Part shown: piece by piece, positions 41,688 through 51,336 of the stretch
Layout: each line of letters begins with the position of its first letter
How positions within the stretch are numbered: position 1 is the stretch's first letter
Assembly: GCA_963754385.1 (NCBI GenBank)
Contig: CAVWGE010000005.1
Location: 207,565 to 271,564 of the forward strand
Direction: 5' to 3'
Origin: an uncultured Chloroflexia bacterium
GTDB lineage: Bacteria > Chloroflexota > Dehalococcoidia > GIF9 > UBA5629
DNA length: 64,000 nt
Program-made: the position numbers and the translations under genes
The notes under the pieces: model-generated
Databases searched by the model: none
What the model saw: the letters and a program-made list of their open reading frames with translations, nothing else
Told to the model about the DNA's origin: nothing

Positions 41688-42914
41688 ATGGCAGGAATTT
41701 TCCCGGTAGATGTTGGGCCCCAGTATGAAGGCGAAGTAATCAGGAGAGCCGACTTATATGTCGAGCTCGGTGGGCCGAATGTGAAAAGCAAATTTGAGTT
41801 GGTGACGCTGAAGGGTCTTGATGAGGTCGAGAACGAGAAGATAGAAGTCATCGGCCCGGACATCAAGGATATGAAGGAAGGTGGTAGTTACCCCATCGGC
41901 TTAATGATTGATGTCGCCGGCGAAAAACTGGAAAAAGACATGGAGCCGGTCTTCGAGAGAAGGATGCACCTTTATGCTAACTACATAGAAGGCTTTTATC
42001 ATATGAACCAGAGAGACGACGTCTGGATGAGGTTAAATAAGGATTCCTTTAATAAGGGGCTTAATTCGCTTGAGGGGATCGGCAAGATATTGATGTTTCT
42101 TTATACATCGGAGTTGGACGTTATCGAGAAGATTTCCATCACCTTCGTTACCGATGAGAAGAAGGTTGAGGAGCTCATAGTGAAGGCTCGCGAAATCTAT
42201 AAAGCCAGGGATGAGAGGGCCAGGGGCTTAAAAGAAGACGATGTTCAGGAGTTCTATAGCTGTGCCCTGTGTCAGAGCTTTGCTCCGACTCATATCTGCA
42301 TTGCTACTCCGGAGAGGATTGCTAATTGCGGAGCCATAAGCTGGTTCGATGGTAGAGCCGCGTATAAGCTAGACCCGGAGGGGCCGGTGCAGGAGGTGAA
42401 GAAGGGTGAGTGCCTGGACCCGATAAGAGGCGAGTACATTGGCTGTAACGAACTGGCGGCAGTGAAGTCCATGGGGACTTATAACCGCGTTTATCTGCAC
42501 AGTGCTTTCGAGCATCCGCATACCTCGTGCGGTTGCTTCCAGGCGATTTGGTTTTACATCCCTGAAGTTGATGCCTTTGGTCTCGTCCATCGCGATTTCG
42601 TCGGCCCAGCTGTGGTTGGTGTACCTTTCTCTACCATGGCTGCAGATACCAGCGGCGGCCGGCAGGTAGAGGGCTTTTTGGGAATAGCGCTGGAATATCT
42701 CAGGTCACCAAAATTCCTGTATGCCGATGGCGGCTTAAGGCGTTTGGTGTGGATGCCAAAGGAGATAAAAGAGAGATATAAGGAGGCTATACCTGCAGAC
42801 GTGTACGATAAGATAGCTACGGAGGAAGATGCCAAAAACATTGATGAGCTGATGGCGTTTTTGGATAAGGTAGGACATCCATGGGTGAAGGGTGAAGTGG
42901 AGCTTCCTGTATAA
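41688..42914 (+). CDS. cdhC: Acetyl-CoA synthase beta subunit, short archaeal type
   Basis: FPVDVGPQYEGE.IR, C.LCQSFAPTHIC, CGAISW, TSCGCF; lacks the bacterial N-terminal domain. Confidence 0.95.
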   Translation: MAGIFPVDVGPQYEGEVIRRADLYVELGGPNVKSKFELVTLKGLDEVENEKIEVIGPDIKDMKEGGSYPIGLMIDVAGEKLEKDMEPVFERRMHLYANYIEGFYHMNQRDDVWMRLNKDSFNKGLNSLEGIGKILMFLYTSELDVIEKISITFVTDEKKVEELIVKAREIYKARDERARGLKEDDVQEFYSCALCQSFAPTHICIATPERIANCGAISWFDGRAAYKLDPEGPVQEVKKGECLDPIRGEYIGCNELAAVKSMGTYNRVYLHSAFEHPHTSCGCFQAIWFYIPEVDAFGLVHRDFVGPAVVGVPFSTMAADTSGGRQVEGFLGIALEYLRSPKFLYADGGLRRLVWMPKEIKERYKEAIPADVYDKIATEEDAKNIDELMAFLDKVGHPWVKGEVELPV

Positions 42915-42934
42915 AATGGACTAGGAGGATTGAC

Positions 42935-44302
42935 ATGGCGCTAAAAGGAACTGACGTTGTAAAGAGGCTTCCAGATGGAGGCAAAAAGAATTGCCGTGAA
43001 TGTGGCTTTCCCACCTGTTTTGCCTTTGCCATGAAGCTGGCTGCTGGAGGTGTCTCGCTTGATAAATGTCCCTACCTTCTGCCAGATGTTAAGGCCGAAC
43101 TTGAAGAAGCCCTGGCACCGCCTATTAAGCCGGTAACCATTGGCACTGGCAAAAATGCCCTTGCGATCGGCGGTGAAGAGGTGATTTACCGGCATGAGAA
43201 GACCTTTATCCATCAGCCAGGAATTGCCCTGCTTATCTCAGACAAGGAGGCGGAAGCAAAGGTAGATGAGAAGCTGAAGAAAACAAAAGAGTTACAGTTC
43301 CCCTGGGTAGGGCTGACTCTCAAGGCGAACGTTCTGGCGCTGCGGTTTGAGTCAGGCGATAAGGCCAAGTTCGAGGCATTGGTGAAGAAGGTCTGCGAGG
43401 ACAACGACCTGCCTATGGTGCTAATGTCCGAGGATGTTGATGTCCTGCTTTCAGCTAGAAATATATGCGGTGACAGGAAGCCATTACTTTATCCGGTCAC
43501 CAAAGAGAATATTGATAAGGTAATTGCTGGAATTAAGAGTTCGCCGGTGCCAGTGGTGGTGAGGGCTAACAGTGTGGAGGAGTTGATACCGTTGACCACC
43601 AAGTTGAAGGATGCCGGCCTTGACGAGATAGTTTTGGACCCAATCGCTAAGAATATGCAGGAAGCTATCAGGGACCAGACGCTGATTCGGCGAGCGGCTT
43701 TGAAGCAGAATTTCAGACCTCTGGGTTATCCGACCATCGGATTTCCTTGCTTCATAGCTAAAGACGAAATCAGGCAAGTCCTTCTAGCTGCCATGTTTGT
43801 GATTAAGTATCCTGGCATTATTGTCCTTTCTGACTTTGATAAATACTCGCTATTGCCGTTGCTGGTTCAGAGGCTCAACATCTACACTGACCCGCGAATA
43901 CCGATGTCAGTGGAACAGAAGGTCTACGAGATAGGTGAGCCGAATGATGAATCACCGGTGTTGATTACCAGCAACTGGGCGCTGACTTATTTTATTGTCG
44001 CTTCGGAAATCGAAGGTAGTAAAGTTTCGTCGTGGTTGTGTGTCAAGGACACTGAAGGGCTTGGTGTTCTTACTGGCTGGGCTGCCGGTAAGTTCTCTGG
44101 CGACTCTATCGGACCATTCATCAAGAAGTCAGGTATTGAGGATAGAGTAAAGCACAGACGGCTGGTTATTCCGGGCAAGGTCGCCCGGATTAGAGGTGAG
44201 CTAGAGGAGGCGCTGCCGGGTTGGGAAATCATAGTTGGGCCCAGGGAAGCCAGCGAGATACCAGCTTACCTGCCGGGCCTAGTGAAGAAGTGGAAAAACT
44301 GA
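42935..44302 (+). CDS. acsC: Corrinoid Fe-S protein large (gamma) subunit
   Basis: NCRECGFPTCFAFAMKL...CPY, NIYTDPR, TSNWALTYF, AAGKF, VGPREAS. Confidence 0.95.
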   Translation: MALKGTDVVKRLPDGGKKNCRECGFPTCFAFAMKLAAGGVSLDKCPYLLPDVKAELEEALAPPIKPVTIGTGKNALAIGGEEVIYRHEKTFIHQPGIALLISDKEAEAKVDEKLKKTKELQFPWVGLTLKANVLALRFESGDKAKFEALVKKVCEDNDLPMVLMSEDVDVLLSARNICGDRKPLLYPVTKENIDKVIAGIKSSPVPVVVRANSVEELIPLTTKLKDAGLDEIVLDPIAKNMQEAIRDQTLIRRAALKQNFRPLGYPTIGFPCFIAKDEIRQVLLAAMFVIKYPGIIVLSDFDKYSLLPLLVQRLNIYTDPRIPMSVEQKVYEIGEPNDESPVLITSNWALTYFIVASEIEGSKVSSWLCVKDTEGLGVLTGWAAGKFSGDSIGPFIKKSGIEDRVKHRRLVIPGKVARIRGELEEALPGWEIIVGPREASEIPAYLPGLVKKWKN

Positions 44303-44778
44303 AGCAAGAACTGGTAGACATCCTGACCCCGAACAAGAAGGATAGGCGCCATTTAATCTCCCTTCTTCAGCAAGTTCAATATAAACTTGGCTATATTTCC
44401 AGAGAGGCGATGCTAGCAATCGCTGATTTCTTGGACATTCCAGGAAGCACGGTCTACGGCATCGCCACTTTTTATAATCAATTCCGCTTCATACCTCTCG
44501 GCAAGCACCCGGTGAAAGTTTGCATGGGCACTGCCTGCCACTTGGCCGGCGGCAAGCTTGTCCTGGAGGCTATGGCCAGGGAGCTTGACATCCAGGTTGG
44601 CAGCATTACACCTGACCGTGAGTTCAGTCTGGACAGGGTAGCTTGTGTTGGCTGCTGTGCTTTGGCTCCAGTTGTGGTGGTCGGCGATTCCGTTTACCCT
44701 AAGATGACTCCCCCGAAGGTGGAGGAAGTCTTGGTGACCATCAAGCCGGTGAGCCAGGAGCAATCAGAAAAGCAGTAA
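44290..44778 (+). CDS. nuoE: NuoE/HydC-like [2Fe-2S] subunit
   Basis: ATFYNQF, CMGTACHL, VACVGCC; GTG start overlapping the acsC end. Confidence 0.9.
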   Translation: MEKLKQELVDILTPNKKDRRHLISLLQQVQYKLGYISREAMLAIADFLDIPGSTVYGIATFYNQFRFIPLGKHPVKVCMGTACHLAGGKLVLEAMARELDIQVGSITPDREFSLDRVACVGCCALAPVVVVGDSVYPKMTPPKVEEVLVTIKPVSQEQSEKQ

Positions 44779-44800
44779 TTGTTTAGTTGATTGTGCTATG

Positions 44801-44879
44801 TGCCATTCTGAGCGAAGCGAAGAATCTATGGTTACTTTGCTACAGAGATTGCCACGTCGCTACGCTTCTCGCAATGACA
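44801..44879. repeat. Inverted pair of palindromic repeats, copy C
   Basis: TGCCATTCTGAGCGAAGCGAAGAATCT ... GAGATTGCCACGTCGCTACGCTTCTCGCAATGACA. Confidence 0.8.
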
Positions 44880-44901
44880 GAAAATATGCCCTGGTAAATG
44901 G

Positions 44902-46809
44902 TTGCTTATGACCTTTGAAGAGATTCAAAAACAGGCGAAGGCAGACTGGGACTCCCGGTATCACGGCGAGGTTCCACACATCCTCGTCGGTACAGCTACC
45001 TGTGGCCGAGCTGCCGGCGCATTGTCGGTAGTCGAAGCCTTCAACAAAGAGCTGGCGAAGAAAAATAGCCGGGCCAAGTTGACCGAAGTTGGCTGTATCG
45101 GACTTTGCTCACTTGAGCCGCTGGTCACCGTAATCAAGCCCGGTTCCTTCACCGTCTGCTACAACAATGTTACTCCTCAGGTTGTACCCACGCTTGTCGA
45201 AGGCTATGTACTGGGTGACGACCCTTGCCTTGACCTGGCTTTGGGCACGCTGGGTGGTGGTGACGGCGAAGCGGCTTATATTCCGGAGCTTTCCAGATTT
45301 GAGCATGAGTATCGTTTGCTTCTGCGTAACTGCGGTTACATCGACCCGGCGAATATAAACCATTACATTGCTAATGGTGGCTACAGCAGCCTGGTTAAGG
45401 CTCTGCAGATGGAGCCTGCTGCCATAATCGCGGAGATAAAGAAATCCGGCCTAAGAGGGCGGGGTGGTGCTGGCTTCCCTACCGGCAGAAAGTGGGAGCA
45501 GTGCCGGGAAGCATCTGGCCCGCCTAAATATATAATCTGTAATGCTGATGAGGGAGACCCGGGGGCTTTTATGGACCGCGTGGTCTTGGAGAGCGACCCG
45601 CAGCAAGTTATAGAAGGCATGACTATGGCCGCTTATGCTGTCGGTGCCCACGACGGCTTTGTATACATTCGGGCCGAGTATCCTCTGGCTATCGAGCGGC
45701 TGAAGGTTGCTCTGGAACAGGCAAAGAATCTGGGATTATTAGGCAAGAATATCCTTGGCAGTGGTTTCAGCTTCGATATAGAGATAGTCGAGGGGGCTGG
45801 TGCCTTCGTCTCCGGCGAATCAACCGCTTTAATGTATGCTATCGAAGGGAGGCGGAGCATGCCCAGAGCCCGGCCGCCTCATTCGGTGAAGGCTGGTTTA
45901 TGGGGCAAGCCGACGGTTCTTAATAATGTCAAGACTTATGCCTACATTCCTCTGATACTTGAGCGTGGAGCTGGCTGGTTTTCCAGCCTCGGCACTGAAG
46001 GCAGCAAAGGCACGGCAGTGTTTGCTCTAGCCGGAAAGATGGTTAACACCGGACTGGCGGAAGTGCTCATGGGTAAAACTCTTCACGAGCTCATCTTTGA
46101 TATAGGTGGAGGCATTCGGGGTGGCAAGAAGTTCAAAGCAGTGCAAATCGGCGGGCCTTCCGGTGGCTGCTTGCCGGAAAGCATGCTGCGGACCCCGGTA
46201 GATTTCGATTCACTTCGCAAAGCCGGGGCAGTTATGGGCTCCGGCGGCGTCATTGCCATGGATGAGGACAACTGCATGGTTGACACGGCTAAATTCTTTC
46301 TTGACTTCATACAGAAAGAGTCCTGCGGCAAATGCTCCACCTGTCGCATCGGCACCAAGCACATGCTGGATATACTGGAGGACATCACCGTCGGCAAAGG
46401 CAAGGCCGGTGATATGGATTTGTTGGTTGAGCTGGGGGAGGATATCAGGGGTGGTTCATTGTGTGGCTTGGGCAGGACAGCACCTAATCCAGCCCTAACC
46501 ACTATCCGCTATTTTAGAGACGAGTACGAGGCTCATGTTTTGGAGAAGCGGTGTCCGGCGCTGGTATGCAAGGAGCTTATCGCCTACTATATCCTTCCTG
46601 AGAAATGCGAGCGGGGCTGTGAACATTGTGTATTATCCTGTCCGGTGAAAGCCATCACCAGCGATGAAAAAGGTATAAAGGTAATCGACCAGAGCAAGTG
46701 CACCAAGTGCGGCAGCTGTCAGCTCGTCTGCCCGCCGGAATATAATGCCGTGGTGAAATTATCACCGCCGAGCTTGGTGCCAACACCAGTAGCCAAAGAT
46801 AAAGAGTAG
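44902..46809 (+). CDS. nuoF: NuoF/HydB-like flavoprotein (N-terminal 2Fe-2S, FMN/NAD(P)H site, C-terminal 2x[4Fe-4S])
   Basis: GLRGRGGAGFPTG, NADEGDPGAFMDR, GGPSGG, ESCGKC..CR.G, SLCGLG. Confidence 0.93.
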   Translation: MLMTFEEIQKQAKADWDSRYHGEVPHILVGTATCGRAAGALSVVEAFNKELAKKNSRAKLTEVGCIGLCSLEPLVTVIKPGSFTVCYNNVTPQVVPTLVEGYVLGDDPCLDLALGTLGGGDGEAAYIPELSRFEHEYRLLLRNCGYIDPANINHYIANGGYSSLVKALQMEPAAIIAEIKKSGLRGRGGAGFPTGRKWEQCREASGPPKYIICNADEGDPGAFMDRVVLESDPQQVIEGMTMAAYAVGAHDGFVYIRAEYPLAIERLKVALEQAKNLGLLGKNILGSGFSFDIEIVEGAGAFVSGESTALMYAIEGRRSMPRARPPHSVKAGLWGKPTVLNNVKTYAYIPLILERGAGWFSSLGTEGSKGTAVFALAGKMVNTGLAEVLMGKTLHELIFDIGGGIRGGKKFKAVQIGGPSGGCLPESMLRTPVDFDSLRKAGAVMGSGGVIAMDEDNCMVDTAKFFLDFIQKESCGKCSTCRIGTKHMLDILEDITVGKGKAGDMDLLVELGEDIRGGSLCGLGRTAPNPALTTIRYFRDEYEAHVLEKRCPALVCKELIAYYILPEKCERGCEHCVLSCPVKAITSDEKGIKVIDQSKCTKCGSCQLVCPPEYNAVVKLSPPSLVPTPVAKDKE

Positions 46810-46828
46810 CGCAAGCAACGAGGAGAGC

Positions 46829-47488
46829 ATGTGGGAATCTGAAAAGAAAGCAGTGATTGAGGCGGCACAGGAGATGGCTAAGAAGGGGCTGGTGGTGGGC
46901 ACGGCGGGAAATGTGAGCCTGCGCCTTAAAGACTCCAGCGGACGGGAGCTGCTGGCTATTACTCCCAGCGGGCGATATTATGATTCGCTCAAGGTTGACG
47001 ACATAGTGGTAGTTGACTTTGCCGGACAGCGGGTTGAAGGTGAGCTAAAAGCTTCCATAGAGACGGTAATGCACATCGAGGTTCACAAGGCGCGGAAAAA
47101 AGTCAATGCTGTCGTTCATGCTCACCCCGCTTTTTGCAGCGTCATTGCCGTTGCCGGCATGGATATACCTCCACTCATCGATGAGCAAGTCATCTATATC
47201 GGCGGGGAGATAAAAGTTGCCGAGTATGCTTTTCCCGGCACGCCGGAGCTGGCGAAAAGTGTGGTCTCGGCGCTGGGGTCGAGAAACGCCGTCATACTGG
47301 CAAATCATGGCGTTCTTTCCGTGGGCAGGGACATGCGTGAAGCCCTGACTATTTGTGAGCTGGCGGAGGAGATGGCAAAAATATACGTTTCTGCCCTGAG
47401 TCTGGGCAAGGTTAACCAGCTTCCGGCTGAGGTAGTTGAGCTGGAGAAGGCGTTCTTCGCTTCCGTATACGGAGAGGGTGAGGGATAG
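46829..47488 (+). CDS. Class II aldolase/adducin family (fuculose-1-P aldolase-like)
   Basis: GTAGNVS, ITPSG, AS.E..MH, HAH, LANHG. Confidence 0.9.
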   Translation: MWESEKKAVIEAAQEMAKKGLVVGTAGNVSLRLKDSSGRELLAITPSGRYYDSLKVDDIVVVDFAGQRVEGELKASIETVMHIEVHKARKKVNAVVHAHPAFCSVIAVAGMDIPPLIDEQVIYIGGEIKVAEYAFPGTPELAKSVVSALGSRNAVILANHGVLSVGRDMREALTICELAEEMAKIYVSALSLGKVNQLPAEVVELEKAFFASVYGEGEG

Positions 47489-47539
47489 CCTCAGCCCGTT
47501 AACTTCCGGCCGGCTCGGTTCCTAAGATGATTAGGCAGT

Positions 47540-47860
47540 TTAGTATCTTTTCCGGCCTCCTCCTCTGTCAGACCTACCGCCTCCGCTGCCGCCGTAGGAA
47601 CCACGGCTTCTGTTATCGGTGCGAGGACGAGCCCCGCTTACAGCGAGCTGCCGGTTGTTTAGCATTTTACCATTCAGGCCGTTAATTGCCGCTTGACCTG
47701 CGGACAACAATGGCATTTCAACAAACGCAAATCCCTTAGATTGCCCGCTATACTTGTCCTTTATGATACTTACAGACGTCACGTCTCCAAAAGCCGCGAA
47801 TTCTTCCCGCAATTCCTCTTCCGTTGTCTCATAGGTTAGGTTGCCCACATAGATATTCAA
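47540..47860 (-). CDS. RRM RNA-binding protein
   Basis: RNP2 IYVGNL, RNP1 KGFAFVEM, Gly/Arg tail. Confidence 0.95.
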   Translation of the reverse strand: MNIYVGNLTYETTEEELREEFAAFGDVTSVSIIKDKYSGQSKGFAFVEMPLLSAGQAAINGLNGKMLNNRQLAVSGARPRTDNRSRGSYGGSGGGRSDRGGGRKRY

Positions 47861-47896
47861 TCGGCACCTCCTTTAATTGATATGTAATGGAAACAC

Positions 47897-47924
47897 ACAT
47901 AGGCCAGGCATCCCCGGCCTATGT
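47897..47924 (-). terminator. Intergenic hairpin (terminator or stabiliser) between the zinc-ribbon and RRM genes
   Basis: ACATAGGCC/GGCCTATGT 9-bp stem; weak U tract. Confidence 0.45.
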
Positions 47925-47943
47925 ATGTCCTTAAAAAGCAGCC

Positions 47944-48255
47944 TTATCTGCTTAGTTTGACCTTATTGTAGCAATCGCTACAATATACTGGTCTGCCTTC
48001 GCGCGGCTCGAACGGTACTTCGGTCTCTTTGCCACATTGGGCGCAAGTTGCGGGAAACATTTGCCGTTGGGGCCTGTAGCCGTAGCCACTGTTTCCGCTT
48101 CCGTAGCGCTCTGACTTCCTTGCCTGCCGGCAGGATTGACAGCGCTTGGGCTCGTTAGTATAGCCTCTGGACGCGAAGAGTTCTTGTTCTTCAGCCGTGA
48201 AGGTGAAGGTAGTTCCGCAATCGGAACACTGGATTGACTTGTCCTTAAAACCCAT
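47944..48255 (-). CDS. Zinc-ribbon / CxxC-x17-CxxC domain protein
   Basis: DKSIQCSDCG..FTFT..EQ...NEPKRC..CR; CAQCG....VPFEP...RPVYCSDC. Confidence 0.92.
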   Translation of the reverse strand: MGFKDKSIQCSDCGTTFTFTAEEQELFASRGYTNEPKRCQSCRQARKSERYGSGNSGYGYRPQRQMFPATCAQCGKETEVPFEPREGRPVYCSDCYNKVKLSR

Positions 48256-48553
48256 TGGATGACCTCCTCTCTTATAAATAGTTGGTTGGAGCCTTGGTCA
48301 TCCAGCACTTGAGTAGATATGAGTGATATAAACTAAGTTTGTGATAACCTAAACTGAAACCACTAAAAGAGTATTGTACACTAAAGTCTCCCACTTTGCA
48401 ATAGACGGTAAGAAGTCCATAGGAAGAAGGACCGCAGGGGCTAAAATGGCTATGATTTTCATTTAAAGGTATAATAATATGTCGCAAAACAGGTGGCAAT
48501 GCCCTGGCTTCTTGATGGTTGCGAGACCTGAAAAGTAAGACTGGAGGTGTGAA

Positions 48554-49309
48554 GTGACAACGACGATTGTAGTGGCTGGAAAAGGGGGTGTGGGCAAGAC
48601 GGCTATCGCTGCCCTGCTTATAGATTTGCTGTCCAAAAAGGGGGTGGTTCTGGCTATCGATGCTGACCCTGCCACCAACCTTAATGCCGCTTTGGGTCTG
48701 CCTCTGGGAGAAACTGTGGGCCGGGCTCGTGAGGACGTTACTGAGGATATACAGAAGGGGCGCCTTTCACCAACTGTTTCCAAGCAAGATGTTCTGGATA
48801 TGAAGATAAGGGAAGCCCTGGTGGAGTCGGCTAAGGTTGACCTGCTGGCTATGGGGCGGCCTGAAGGTCCGGGGTGCTACTGTGCCGCCAATCACATGCT
48901 GCGTCTTTCTATAGACCGGCTGGCTAAGAATTACGATTATACGGTTATCGATTCTGAAGCTGGAATGGAGCACATAAGCCGTCAGACGACACGGGATGTG
49001 GACTTGTTGCTGATTGTCTCCGACGTAACTATGAGGGGTATCACCACGGCGGCTAGAATGAAAGATTTGATTAAGGAGATGAGAACTAAGGTCGGCAAGG
49101 TGTCCCTGGCAGTAAACCGGGTTAAGAACGGTCTGCCGCAGGAGATCGGAAAGGCAATCAGCGATTTCGGCCTTGAGCTTGTGGCTATTGTACCTGAAGA
49201 CCCGAATCTTGCCGATTTGGATATAAAAGGCAAGCCGATTACCGAACTTCCTGAGAATTCACCGCTCAGGCAGGCGGCAAAAGAGATAATCTCTAAACTT
49301 GGGCTATAA
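48554..49309 (+). CDS. cooC: CooC/AcsF nickel-insertion ATPase
   Basis: GKGGVGKT, DADP, GPGCYC, D.EAGMEH.SR. Confidence 0.92.
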   Translation: MTTTIVVAGKGGVGKTAIAALLIDLLSKKGVVLAIDADPATNLNAALGLPLGETVGRAREDVTEDIQKGRLSPTVSKQDVLDMKIREALVESAKVDLLAMGRPEGPGCYCAANHMLRLSIDRLAKNYDYTVIDSEAGMEHISRQTTRDVDLLLIVSDVTMRGITTAARMKDLIKEMRTKVGKVSLAVNRVKNGLPQEIGKAISDFGLELVAIVPEDPNLADLDIKGKPITELPENSPLRQAAKEIISKLGL

Positions 49310-49333
49310 GCCGCTTGTGCAGGAGGCTATCAA

Positions 49334-49747
49334 ATGGGGCTTAAGGATAAGAAATTGATTGGTCTACAGGAAATCGAGGGAGCGGTAAGTCCGCACCAGA
49401 AGCAGATTGGTATGGCGCTGAAAGCCAGGAAGGAAGCCCTTGAATACGTTACTGACGTGTCTAAATTAGCTGAGTTTGTCGGCGGCAAGGTGGAATCCCT
49501 GGGAATGGGTGAGGACTGGGTGATAAGCAAGGAAGTCTTTCCCGGGGTGGAAATCTTCTTTATTTACAATCGTGCCGATGATGAATTCCAGAGCAATCTT
49601 AAAGTTCTGTTCTCTGGCGACAGGATAAGGATGATGAGGGGGGAGGACCTGGCTGTCTTTGTCATTTTTTATGTAAATCATATGCTTAGATATGTGCGAG
49701 ATAGCAATCCGGGGAAACGTCTTCCCGAGGTTTGTTATAGAGTATAG
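49334..49747 (+). CDS. Hypothetical protein, DUF3786-like
   Basis: FPGV....Y..ADDEF.....VLF...ED pattern; ACS-cluster context. Confidence 0.6.
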   Translation: MGLKDKKLIGLQEIEGAVSPHQKQIGMALKARKEALEYVTDVSKLAEFVGGKVESLGMGEDWVISKEVFPGVEIFFIYNRADDEFQSNLKVLFSGDRIRMMRGEDLAVFVIFYVNHMLRYVRDSNPGKRLPEVCYRV

Positions 49748-49757
49748 GGCGTTCGGT

Positions 49758-49854
49758 TGTCCTGGCGAGGAGTCCCGATTGCATCGGGACGGCATGGCAG
49801 TCTCAGTGGTAAGTTATGATAGTGAGATTGCCACGCCCTCAGCTTGCAATGGCA
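49758..49854. repeat. Degenerate inverted pair of palindromic repeats, copy D
   Basis: TGTCCTGGCGAG..GTCCCGATTGCATCGGGAC..ATGGCAGTCTC ... GAGATTGCCACG...CTTGCAATGGCA. Confidence 0.7.
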
Positions 49855-49872
49855 GTTTAAAAGAGGTGATAA

Positions 49873-51336
49873 ATGGCAGGTAATGCCGATCTCGATAAGG
49901 TGTTCAACCCCAAATCGGTAGCTGTAGTCGGAGTTCCGGCTAGCAGTTCCCGCCATAGTATGGCTAGAACTTATCTTAGGGCCTTAATCGAGTGCAAGTT
50001 CAATGGCCCGATTTATCCTATTAATCCCAAGGGCGGCGAGATTAATGGCTTAGAAATCTATGCCAGCGTCAAAGATACTCCAGATTCGGTTGACTACGTC
50101 ATCTCCTGTATTCCAGCGGCTTTGGCGCCACAGTTGGTTAGGGATTGTGTTGCCAAGGGGGTGAAGGCGATACAGTTTTTCACCTCTGGCTTTAGTGAAG
50201 AAGGCACAGAAGAAGGCAGAAGGCTGGAGACGGAGATTTGCGATATAGCTCGACAGGGTGGCATCAGGCTCATCGGCCCTAATTGTATGGGGGTGTATTG
50301 TCCCAAATCCGGCTTATCTTTTGCTCCTGATTATTCCACGGAAAGCGGGCCGGTGGCGCTCATTTGCCAGAGCGGTGGCAATGCTATTTATTTCGTTCGG
50401 CATGCCGCCCAGCGCGGCGTTCGTTTTAGCAAGGTGGTCTCCTTCGGCAATGCTGCTGATGTGGATGAGAGCGACCTGCTGGAATATCTTACTAATGACA
50501 CTGAAACCAAAATTATAATTGCCTATATTGAGGGATTGAAGGACGGTAGACGCTTTAGTGAAGTCGTGAGAAAGGCGGCAGCAGCCAAGCCTGTTATAAT
50601 GATGAAAGGCGGCAGCACTGAGGCTGGGGCAAGGGCAGTGGCTTCCCATACCGGAGCTTTGGCCGGGTCAGCCAGGATATGGGATGGACTTTTGCGGCAG
50701 GCAGGGGTTATTCCTGCGTTCACTCTGGAGGAGTTAGGCGATATTCTGGTTGCTCTACTTTATTTGCCTGTGCCTCACGGGCGGAGACTTGGTGTTATCG
50801 ACGTCGGTGGGGGGGCTGTAGTTGTGGCTACTGATGCGTATATTTCCGCCGGGCTTGATTTGCCGCGACTGCCTCAGGAGTTGCGACAGAAGCTCAGGAG
50901 TTTCCTCAGCACAGGTGCCGCCGGCCTAAGCGTCAACAATCCTGTTGACCTCGGCGGTCAGTTTTTTAATGTTTCAGGTGCCTATTCCGTAATGAAGGAA
51001 CTGGCTGATTACGATGGTATTGATATGCTTGTTTTCCATTTACATTTAGGCATTAATCCGCCGTTTGCCTCTTTCCCCAAGGAGTATTCTGTTGCCATAC
51101 TGGATAACGCGATTAGAGTCCACAATGAGACTGGCAAACCGATGGTGGTAGTTATTGACCAGCTTACCACTATTGAAAGCTGCGAAACAACCTTTGCTTG
51201 TCAGCAAAAGTGCCAGCAGGCGGGGATTCCTGTTTATTCCTCGGTAAATGGGGCTGCCAAAGCCCTTGAGCAGTTTATGCGTTACCACGAGATACCGCTA
51301 TCCGGTTCTACCGAATTCCTTATCCAGTTGCCGTGA
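49873..51336 (+). CDS. ADP-forming acyl-CoA synthetase alpha subunit (CoA-binding)
   Basis: FNPKSVAVVG, YPINPK, GPNCMG, QSGG, ASHTG (phospho-His), NPVD. Confidence 0.88.
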   Translation: MAGNADLDKVFNPKSVAVVGVPASSSRHSMARTYLRALIECKFNGPIYPINPKGGEINGLEIYASVKDTPDSVDYVISCIPAALAPQLVRDCVAKGVKAIQFFTSGFSEEGTEEGRRLETEICDIARQGGIRLIGPNCMGVYCPKSGLSFAPDYSTESGPVALICQSGGNAIYFVRHAAQRGVRFSKVVSFGNAADVDESDLLEYLTNDTETKIIIAYIEGLKDGRRFSEVVRKAAAAKPVIMMKGGSTEAGARAVASHTGALAGSARIWDGLLRQAGVIPAFTLEELGDILVALLYLPVPHGRRLGVIDVGGGAVVVATDAYISAGLDLPRLPQELRQKLRSFLSTGAAGLSVNNPVDLGGQFFNVSGAYSVMKELADYDGIDMLVFHLHLGINPPFASFPKEYSVAILDNAIRVHNETGKPMVVVIDQLTTIESCETTFACQQKCQQAGIPVYSSVNGAAKALEQFMRYHEIPLSGSTEFLIQLP

